Notes under the pieces: generated by a model | Database searches by the model: none | What the model was told of the DNA's origin: nothing | Seen by the model: only the letters and a program-made list of their open reading frames with translations | Part shown: piece after piece, positions 9,009 to 16,378 of the stretch | Layout of the letters: every line of letters begins with the position of its first letter | Numbering within the stretch: the first letter of the stretch is position 1 | From: a virus | Lineage: Duplodnaviria > Caudoviricetes | IMG/VR virus record: IMGVR_UViG_3300024520_007217 | Span: 1 to 52,535 of that record | DNA: 52,535 nucleotides | Strand: one strand, 5' to 3' | Position numbers and translations under genes: made by a program

Positions 9009-9839
9009 TTAGTCCTCTACAATTTCAGCTATTATTTTTTTAATTCCCTGATTTCCAAATAACCCGCCCGATTCAACCTTTTTGATAAGTAACTTTTGCC
9101 CTCGTCCTAATAACAATTCTTGTTCATTATTATGAACTCCCCCGGGTAAATTCCCAAGATACCCACCTTTGCTCCCCTTCGGTACACGAATTTCCATTGA
9201 TACTCCAGGGAATGTGCGTTTTTTGTTGACAGTGGTGGATATATATGCTTTATCTTCAATAGTCTGCCCCACCCACCCCGGCTGATCACTTCCCAACAAA
9301 TCAGATAAAGTTTCAACCTCTATCCCTCGATACACTGTGACATCTCTTGGTACCGTAGCTTTGCTTAATGCCTTGTCAATATTCTTTATAGCTTCTTGAT
9401 TTTCTTCACTAATCTTTTTCCCCCCCCTCAGATGTCCATTAATTTGTAAATAATTACTAGTTTGATAAGTAATCAATCCATCATTCTCTCTCTCTGTCAT
9501 TCCCTTATGCCAACTATCATAGCTCTTCGACATTTCCTTATGGTTAGTCGGTTTAGCCAAACCTCGTTTAACCGATTTGAGCTTTGGTTTCTGAAGGGAT
9601 AATACAGTTTCTTTTTGGGTTATCCCAGAATCGGACGCTTTCTTAGCTGCCTGCTTAGCTGCCTGCTTGACTGCCTTTCGGCTGACTCCAGGTTTAACAC
9701 CGACTCTTTTGAAACCTCCTCCCTTGCCGCTTCCGCCGCGCTTCCCCTTACGTCCTGCATGCCCCCAATTACCAGAAGTAGAACCGCCGCGTAAAATAAG
9801 TATCTTTTCAGTTAGGTCAAGAAGTCGCTGTATGTCCAT
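9009..9839 (-). CDS. VIP2/Alt-like ADP-ribosyltransferase
   Basis: YLQINGHLRG, VYRG, YISTT, VPKGSKG, EQELLL: R-S-E triad with ExE. Confidence 0.88.
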   Translation of the reverse strand: MDIQRLLDLTEKILILRGGSTSGNWGHAGRKGKRGGSGKGGGFKRVGVKPGVSRKAVKQAAKQAAKKASDSGITQKETVLSLQKPKLKSVKRGLAKPTNHKEMSKSYDSWHKGMTERENDGLITYQTSNYLQINGHLRGGKKISEENQEAIKNIDKALSKATVPRDVTVYRGIEVETLSDLLGSDQPGWVGQTIEDKAYISTTVNKKRTFPGVSMEIRVPKGSKGGYLGNLPGGVHNNEQELLLGRGQKLLIKKVESGGLFGNQGIKKIIAEIVED

Positions 9840-9842
9840 AAT

Positions 9843-9874
9843 AAAAAAGGGGCAGGGTAGCTATACCCCACCCC
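9843..9874 (-). terminator. Intrinsic terminator after capsid/HNH genes
   Basis: GGGGTGGGGT-loop-ACCCTGCCCC followed by T6 on minus strand. Confidence 0.7.
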
Positions 9875-9900
9875 GAGGAGGAGAGAAACAATGAATTACG

Positions 9901-11115
9901 TTAGATGAGTTCTGATCGAAATTTTAGGACCATCACGTCCTTTGTTGGACTAGCTGAATGAATTCGGTTGTGACATCCTATGCAAATTAAGATTAAGTTA
10001 CCAATATCCGAATTTTGTTTGTCACCATCTCTGTGATGAATGTGACCTCGTTTGCCTTTTGCGTCTTCTATGCATGATTGACAAGTTTGGTTGTCCCGGC
10101 GGCGAACCCTGCGCTTAAGATTGTGGTCAAATTCGGGGGGATAAGGGTTGTATGAAACGCCGCCCTTCCAATTAGAACTATCTTCCCCTGTGTATTTTCC
10201 TTTTAGGGATTTAGATAGATTATCTCGATGCTCCTTAGTGATGTCACGCCCTTTTTGAGATTCACCAATTCTGCGTTTGTGTTCCTCTGATAAAGGTGTT
10301 CCTTTTCGAGCCTCCCCATTCTTGCGTGCCGCTTCCAGCCATTTTTCGGTAACGGTTCGCTTTTTTCCTCGCCGCATTTCCGATAACTTTTCGCGGGTCT
10401 CATCACTTGCCTTATAATTTCCAGACCCCCGCTCTAAAGCTCTCTGTCTAAGTTTTTCTCTAGTCTCATCAGAAACCACACGCCCTTTTCCAGCTTCGGC
10501 TATCTTCTGCTTATGTTCCTCTGAGAGTTTTTTCTTTTTGGCACTTTCGGACATCTTGCGCCGGGTCTCAGCAGAAACCGTTTTGCCTTTTTGAACCTCG
10601 CTCATTTTTTGCTTGGTGGCTTCAGTGTGCTTTTTCCCTTTTTGAGCTTCCCCTATATTATGCTTATGCTCATCAGAAAGCACTTTGCCAGCGTGAGCTT
10701 CACTTAACTTCTGTCTGGTTTCTTCAGTTACAGGCTTGCGAGATATTCCTTTGCCGGGATGTTCGTTTTCTTGATAATACTGCTTTAGAGTCTCGCTTCT
10801 TTTCTTTCGGGTTTCAAGACTTTGCTCTCTGCCCTTGCTAGCCTCGCCGACTTTGCGCCTATGCTCTTCGGTAAGCAGTTTACCCTTACTATGATGGGGC
10901 TGATCTTCGTAACGTTCTTTAAGGGTAGCACTAATTTTGGTTTTTTGCTCTTCAGAAATAACTTTGCCCTTATGGGCTTTTCCTATCTTGAGCTTAGTTT
11001 CATCACTAAGTTTAGCCCCCTGTCTTGGGTGACCCTTCTCTGTAAATCGTTTTTTTGCAGCCTCACGCAGTTTTTGTTTAGCTTCTTCGCTTTGCTTTTG
11101 CCCTTTTCTCGGCAT
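9901..11115 (-). CDS. Free-standing HNH homing endonuclease with tandem NUMOD3 repeats
   Basis: About 14 [ST]EE[TH]KxK[IL]S-type repeats, SNWKGG, RDNQTCQSC...HIHHRDGDKQNSDIGNLILICIGCHNRIH. Confidence 0.9.
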   Translation of the reverse strand: MPRKGQKQSEEAKQKLREAAKKRFTEKGHPRQGAKLSDETKLKIGKAHKGKVISEEQKTKISATLKERYEDQPHHSKGKLLTEEHRRKVGEASKGREQSLETRKKRSETLKQYYQENEHPGKGISRKPVTEETRQKLSEAHAGKVLSDEHKHNIGEAQKGKKHTEATKQKMSEVQKGKTVSAETRRKMSESAKKKKLSEEHKQKIAEAGKGRVVSDETREKLRQRALERGSGNYKASDETREKLSEMRRGKKRTVTEKWLEAARKNGEARKGTPLSEEHKRRIGESQKGRDITKEHRDNLSKSLKGKYTGEDSSNWKGGVSYNPYPPEFDHNLKRRVRRRDNQTCQSCIEDAKGKRGHIHHRDGDKQNSDIGNLILICIGCHNRIHSASPTKDVMVLKFRSELI

Positions 11116-11127
11116 TATATCCCCCGA

Positions 11128-11184
11128 TACAATATCAGTATTAAGTACTACTGATATTGTACCAGAAGATCACTGTTTAATCAA
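11128..11184 (-). promoter_or_regulatory. HNH promoter overlapped by a 13-bp inverted repeat
   Basis: TTGATT-17-TACAAT; TACAATATCAGTA (11128-11140) / TACTGATATTGTA (11149-11161). Confidence 0.65.
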
Positions 11185-11225
11185 TGCGGACAAGAATATT
11201 TAATAAATACTAATCCGTCGTTATG

Positions 11226-12446
11226 TCAACCAATTGTGGGACATGTGACAGAAATTCTTCCCGTGAAAACCGTGCTGAACGTCGAATGTGCGCAAGCGTG
11301 CTTCACGATCAACGCCGTAGCCGCCCAGACCTCAAACGAGATCGCCGTACAACCCGGCACCAGGTCCACCATCTGGAGCGGGATCTGAGTCGATTTATAC
11401 ACCAACGGCGTGCCATTGTGGGTCATCCTCAGACCAAATAACCGGCCAAAGAATGTGCCATCACCCAGATCGGAGCGAGTGAAGTTGTTGTCGCTGACTA
11501 CTGCCAGCCTGCCAACACCGGTATTCACAAACCCGGCAAAATTGAACCCTGGGGTGATGCGATTGCCATCATCAAAATTGACAATCTGAGAGCCGGCAAA
11601 TCCTAGCTGGAAATAGCCGGACAACATCTCTTGGACGGCCTGCCCGTGGCCAAAGATGTGAGTCGGTTTAGCGCAACTTTCCGCAAGGAAGCGGTCATAA
11701 GTAGCGGCACTGAATGTACCGGAAGGGGTAGCGCTATTGACATGTGAACCGCCGGCACTCGTGACTAGCTGCTCAATGCCGTCAAACTCAAGGCTGTTAC
11801 TAGAAGCGTTGCCAACGGCCAACAGCCGATCCCAGCCGTTCAGGACCAGGGTCTCTTGAAGCCGGACCTCTTTCTCTTTTACACCGGCAACGGCTTCCAT
11901 CAAGAATGAACCTACATCAGACCCGCCCGGGACTCCCTCACCTGAAGGGATGCCGCCAACAATACTATTAATGGCGCCCATAGGCAACGCGGCCAGGGTC
12001 ATCGAATGTTTAATGCCACGCTGGGAGAGCGACTTTTTAGCCCCAATGTTTTTGTGGGCTATAGCTGTATTGGCCCCGCCATGGGTGTACTCTTCCGGGC
12101 ACTCCCCATCAGCAAAGGCAATGTAAGCCGACCCAGACGTAAAGGCCAGGCTATTTAATTCTCGCCATGTGACGGTATTGATACCCGTCTCCTCTTCCGG
12201 GATCGCCTGCCAAAGTGTGATTTCTTCACACATGGCAACGATTTCTCTTGGATCAAGGAGGTTGGGATATTGAGCCGTAAAATCGGCAGGTTGAGCATAG
12301 GGTTGCGGTAGGGTGAGGGGGTCAGCGGTTCGAGCCACGAAAGCCCCCTGAGCTTGTACAGGCGATGCGTCACCTTGCTGACCGGACCCACCACCAAACT
12401 GCAAAACATCCTCGCCTTGAGCGAGGGCTGGCGCTTGAATAGGCAT
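11226..12446 (-). CDS. Major capsid protein
   Basis: Position after portal and protease/scaffold; 406 aa; GNASSNSLEFDGIEQL motif typical of HK97-fold capsid proteins. Confidence 0.8.
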   Translation of the reverse strand: MPIQAPALAQGEDVLQFGGGSGQQGDASPVQAQGAFVARTADPLTLPQPYAQPADFTAQYPNLLDPREIVAMCEEITLWQAIPEEETGINTVTWRELNSLAFTSGSAYIAFADGECPEEYTHGGANTAIAHKNIGAKKSLSQRGIKHSMTLAALPMGAINSIVGGIPSGEGVPGGSDVGSFLMEAVAGVKEKEVRLQETLVLNGWDRLLAVGNASSNSLEFDGIEQLVTSAGGSHVNSATPSGTFSAATYDRFLAESCAKPTHIFGHGQAVQEMLSGYFQLGFAGSQIVNFDDGNRITPGFNFAGFVNTGVGRLAVVSDNNFTRSDLGDGTFFGRLFGLRMTHNGTPLVYKSTQIPLQMVDLVPGCTAISFEVWAATALIVKHACAHSTFSTVFTGRISVTCPTIG

Positions 12447-12581
12447 AATTATACCTCTTTTGATAATTTAAAGTTTGAGTTCAAGCGCACTGACTTGACA
12501 TTGTACATCGGACAGATCACACCTGAAGGCAGGCTTAACGATCTGCCCAATTTAACACAATACGTAGTGCGTTAGCAGGGC

Positions 12582-14630
12582 TCAGTTATGCAGCCCTACA
12601 GATTTTCTAATACTATCGGTCAAGGGTGATGGTTGCCCGGTGACCGGTGAAACGTGATTTCCCTGATTCCCACCGGCTTGTACCGGTTGCGGCGTTTGGG
12701 CGGGAGAAACCATCGACTTTTGTTGCGGGACAAAGACTTGTTGTGGCGCATCTGCAGTCGTGGCTGGTTGCCCGCTCATCTTGGCTGTCAGCAACCCAAC
12801 CTGCTCGGCCAGAGGCGTTAAAACTTCGGCCAGGGCGCCCTTGATAGCCTGAGCCATTTGATCAGCCGGAGGCATGGGATGAGCCTGGTCAAGTTGTGCC
12901 TGTACTGATTGAGCGTAGACATTAAATGCGGCTTGGACCGCTTTCTCTTGATCCGAGCGGGGCAAAGATTGATTGGTCAAAGTTGCGTCAACTGCGGCTT
13001 TCAATTGGTCGGCTGGATGATCTGTCTGATTTTCTGGGAGACTCATAATTTCAACCTCGTTTTCTGGCGGAGATTCCGCGATATTATCATCGGCAGCTTC
13101 ATAAGCAGCCGAACTTTCCTGGATTAAAAAGGCATCAGACAATCCCGCTTTTAGAGTGTCGATACGATTGCCTAAATCGCCAACTGCCTGAGCCATGGCT
13201 GCAACTCTATCTGGAATAGTCTCATCATCAGCCGTCATGATATTGTTGACAACTGCCTGGAACACATCCCAATGAGAGTACAATTTGTTCATTTTCTCTT
13301 TCGTTTCGATATAGCCCTCGGCGTCTTTTATGGAGGTGGCGCCGCCAAAGGGTCTCATTGAAACTTCTGATGCTTCTACCTCATAATAACCCATTTTTTC
13401 AGAATCGATTCCAACATCATCAGACGATTCTGCCTCTACGTCCCCCTTATTTTTGGAGACGTTTTCATTTGGCTCGGCGTTGCCTGGCAACAAATTCAGC
13501 AAGGATTCCTCGCTCACATCTAATGCCTTGGCAATATCGGCAATGACCGGTTTTGACGGTGTTTCAATGACCCCGCTTTCGATGTCTCCAATAGTCCCGT
13601 CTGTCACCCTTGTTTGGTCTGCCAGGTCCACCAATGACATCTCCAGATCTTCTCGCTTGCGCTTAATGAAACCGCCAATTTTTGTAGCGGCTTTAATCAC
13701 CATCCCTGGAGGCAATTCGCCCTCTGCCTCAGATTTGCCTACTATTTGAGCCCGGCGTTCCATCTCCTCTGCCCCATCTGCGCCTATAATGCTTTCCGCA
13801 TCCTCTCTTCGCGTGATTTTATCAGTCATGGATTTTTCCTCTAATTCCAAATTAGTCCGGGGATGCATGGGCACCCGAGTAGAAGCAAAATGATCTAGCT
13901 GGCCCGCTTTATAAATCTTGTCGCCCATCTGCCCTTTTTGGCAGATAGGACACTTGTCGGTCAAAGATTGACGAGTAAACAGGTAATTGCTATCCTCATG
14001 ATAATGCTGCAAATCCCACCAACCCGCCGAGATGCGAATAGGGCGTTCTATTGTGTCGCCCTTTTTAACGAGCGCCAATTCCATCCGAACCGCATCCAAT
14101 AGCTTTTGGCCAATCGAATTATCAACATTAAAAATTCCGTCCGCTTTGAAGGTGCTCCCATCAATGTACATCCGATGAGTGACCCCTGCCTCTCCATAGC
14201 CGTCCAAAGCCGGGTAATGAGACACACCCAAGAATGGCATCTTGGGCTCGGGAAGGTATGGAACCGATGACTTGTAGGTTACGCGGTCAATCCAATCTTG
14301 GAAAAGTTCACCCGATGTCTGCTCGTTGGCCTTATCTTTGCCGGTATCGGAAGCAACAGCCTGCCAACGAACTGAGCCATCAGGTTGCAAGCTGGCCTTG
14401 GTGACAGTTAGCAAGATGTCGTGATAGGCTTCTGATTTGCGTGCTACCCACTCATCTTTTACCTTACGATAGGAGCCCTTAACATTATTCCATGCGATTT
14501 TGGCGGCCTGCTCGTCACACTCTGAAGCAGAGGCATCACAATCTTCCAGAACTCCATTAAACGTATCAACCCATAATTTCTTTGCAGTCTCAGGTAGCAC
14601 GTCAGGGGCCTTACTTAATCCTATTGGCAT
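12582..14630 (-). CDS. ChaB domain + prohead protease-like + XRE HTH + scaffold fusion
   Basis: LPETAKKLWVDTFN...AAKIAWNNVKGSYRK (ChaB-like); AVASDTGKDKANE and ISAGW (protease-like); IKRKREDLEMSLVDLA...IESG...IAKALDVS (HTH); Q/A/P-rich tail. Confidence 0.72.
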   Translation of the reverse strand: MPIGLSKAPDVLPETAKKLWVDTFNGVLEDCDASASECDEQAAKIAWNNVKGSYRKVKDEWVARKSEAYHDILLTVTKASLQPDGSVRWQAVASDTGKDKANEQTSGELFQDWIDRVTYKSSVPYLPEPKMPFLGVSHYPALDGYGEAGVTHRMYIDGSTFKADGIFNVDNSIGQKLLDAVRMELALVKKGDTIERPIRISAGWWDLQHYHEDSNYLFTRQSLTDKCPICQKGQMGDKIYKAGQLDHFASTRVPMHPRTNLELEEKSMTDKITRREDAESIIGADGAEEMERRAQIVGKSEAEGELPPGMVIKAATKIGGFIKRKREDLEMSLVDLADQTRVTDGTIGDIESGVIETPSKPVIADIAKALDVSEESLLNLLPGNAEPNENVSKNKGDVEAESSDDVGIDSEKMGYYEVEASEVSMRPFGGATSIKDAEGYIETKEKMNKLYSHWDVFQAVVNNIMTADDETIPDRVAAMAQAVGDLGNRIDTLKAGLSDAFLIQESSAAYEAADDNIAESPPENEVEIMSLPENQTDHPADQLKAAVDATLTNQSLPRSDQEKAVQAAFNVYAQSVQAQLDQAHPMPPADQMAQAIKGALAEVLTPLAEQVGLLTAKMSGQPATTADAPQQVFVPQQKSMVSPAQTPQPVQAGGNQGNHVSPVTGQPSPLTDSIRKSVGLHN

Positions 14631-14929
14631 CAGATCACCATTACCCCAAATTTGCTATTCCAACCCAGGCGAAGCAGATGAGCCACAAAGGTACTAAAGG
14701 TTGCCTGTACCAGATAATTGAACCACCCTGGACCTGTATTTGAATACTGATGCTTAAGCAAGATACTCATTATCAAAAAAACCCAAAACCCCAAGCATAG
14801 ATCGCATTCGTTCATTTCTTCCAAGAGAGGATGTAACTTTCTAATGGGGTCTAACAGGCCATTGGTCTGCAGAAACCAGGTTAGGAGTCGGCCTGTCATT
14901 AGGAATAGAACGAAGTTGGGGACTGTCAT
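14630..14929 (-). CDS. Small membrane protein with CxxCxGFW motif
   Basis: Three hydrophobic segments, CDLCLGFW. Confidence 0.65.
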   Translation of the reverse strand: MTVPNFVLFLMTGRLLTWFLQTNGLLDPIRKLHPLLEEMNECDLCLGFWVFLIMSILLKHQYSNTGPGWFNYLVQATFSTFVAHLLRLGWNSKFGVMVI

Positions 14930-15192
14930 CAGTCCTTGATCAGAATGTAAAGTACTTGCAATGTAAAAATGCCGTTAACGTCACCCGCCTGGATTCTCTC
15001 AACGCTGTGCAGTCTGAAGCCTTGTTCCAGCCAGGTCCTCAGTTGCGCGTCGGCCATGTCACCAGTAATGGCCCCCCCGGGTAATTGGTCGGGGTTTTCA
15101 GTGGCCGCCACGGTTCTGATCATGTGGTGAATGTCGGCGGTGCTTTCTTTTTGCTTATGCTTAACTTCCGGTTGTTTTGTGATTGTGGCCAT
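14929..15192 (-). CDS. Hypothetical protein
   Basis: Start moved to ATG 15192 behind GAGGAG RBS. Confidence 0.65.
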   Translation of the reverse strand: MATITKQPEVKHKQKESTADIHHMIRTVAATENPDQLPGGAITGDMADAQLRTWLEQGFRLHSVERIQAGDVNGIFTLQVLYILIKD

Positions 15193-15204
15193 GGTCTCCT
15201 CAAA

Positions 15205-15285
15205 TAAAAAAAGCTGCGGAACATTCCGCAGCTTCAAACAGTTATATTATGTATTGCATTATATCACAGATTAATGCAGGTACAA
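15205..15285 (-). promoter_or_regulatory. Promoter followed by a terminator-like hairpin
   Basis: Extended -10 TGATATAAT; hairpin AAGCTGCGGA-ATGT-TCCGCAGCTT then T run. Confidence 0.6.
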
Positions 15286-15304
15286 ATACAAATTTATTTT
15301 AATT

Positions 15305-16069
15305 TCAAGTAAAGCAATAGCCACTGTCACAGCCATCAAAAAAGGATGGCTGTGATGGAAAATTCTTAACAGCTTCTTTTAAGGGTATTCGTTGATCGGT
15401 AAAATATAGGCCGGGTAGGTTTTTTTCTATTTTAGATAGCTCCTCTATTATGATCGAGGATGTTCGTTCCCATCGGGCCTTATCTTTATGAGGGCACATA
15501 TCACATTCAGTCGAGAGGAGGTACGGTATCCCTCGTTCAACCAGATTTTCTTGTATCGTTGCCCGGTACAACTTCAAATCGACTAACGGCCAGTAATGAA
15601 AATTCCACTTTACATCTGAAATTTTCATCCGTTCGGTTTCTGCAATCGTTAATCCAATAGCAGTTCGGGCTGTAATAGCCCCGCGCCGCCGCAACTCCTG
15701 ACGAACTGCACGGATTTTATATTTTCCTGTACAGGATTGGAGATTGCGCCCCCCCATACTACCAAACATTGGAACCCCGGCGCTCTTCCCCTGACGCATT
15801 AAATCAATAATTGCTGGCAATTCTTTGCCATTTTTATCTTGAACTCTCACAAAAACAGCGTTTATCCCGTTTTCAGAGGAGTAAGGTTCAATCACCCGGT
15901 CAAAGTATTCTTTTGCCGAGGTTCGTTCCCCGGTTGACCAAATGCAATCATTCTCCGAACCAGTATCAGCAGTAATTGATAATTTTGCAGGAATTTTGCC
16001 TTCTGCCGCCAAGACTAGCATCATCATTGATTGACTTCCCATCCCGTTACTTATCGCTTCTATGTGCAT
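15305..16069 (-). CDS. PAPS-reductase-like (adenine nucleotide alpha-hydrolase) protein
   Basis: ISNGMGSQS PP-loop variant, ADTGSE, SCTGKYKI, ECDMCP, C-terminal CDSGYCFT. Confidence 0.75.
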   Translation of the reverse strand: MHIEAISNGMGSQSMMMLVLAAEGKIPAKLSITADTGSENDCIWSTGERTSAKEYFDRVIEPYSSENGINAVFVRVQDKNGKELPAIIDLMRQGKSAGVPMFGSMGGRNLQSCTGKYKIRAVRQELRRRGAITARTAIGLTIAETERMKISDVKWNFHYWPLVDLKLYRATIQENLVERGIPYLLSTECDMCPHKDKARWERTSSIIIEELSKIEKNLPGLYFTDQRIPLKEAVKNFPSQPSFFDGCDSGYCFT

Positions 16070-16088
16070 CTCTGTTCGTCCTCGAACT

Positions 16089-16233
16089 CCCTCGTTCCCC
16101 GCGGCTGAGGGGGCGACACTGACTTCTGCGCTTGCCCCTCTTCCACAGAGCGGCGATTCCTATTTCGCAGGGCCTCTAGCGAGTCGCCCTCCACAGGCAT
16201 TATTCTCGAGACGACGCGAGTCCTACCGCCCCG
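16089..16233 (-). repeat. 145-bp dispersed element, copy 2
   Basis: Gap-free match to the other three copies; begins 14 bp downstream of a -10 box. Confidence 0.95.
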
Positions 16234-16247
16234 TTTTAATACCTTGC

Positions 16248-16276
16248 ATGTTACCACGCATCTCGCTTGATGTCAA
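16248..16276 (-). promoter_or_regulatory. Sigma70-type promoter directly upstream of element copy 2
   Basis: TTGACA-17 bp-TAACAT with extended TG; same design recurs at 20498-20526 and partly at 2922-2949. Confidence 0.8.
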
Positions 16277-16378
16277 CCCCTAATGTGGGGATCCAAGGCA
16301 TCAAAAAAGGGCCAAAATGCTGACCCTAGAGAAACTTTGCTAAATTGGGAATAAAGAGGGTTATCTAACCCATCTTTC

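Noticed and set aside
7170-9800. LRGG in the shared tag resembles the ubiquitin C-terminus (LRLRGG)
   Set aside because: No ubiquitin-fold domain precedes it and the same leader is also followed by HMQG, so a site after Arg is the simpler reading; no E1/E2-like genes seen
9875-11225. Group I intron around the HNH gene
   Set aside because: The capsid ORF ends normally before it, flanks are too short for an intron core, and no conserved P/Q/R/S elements were recognised
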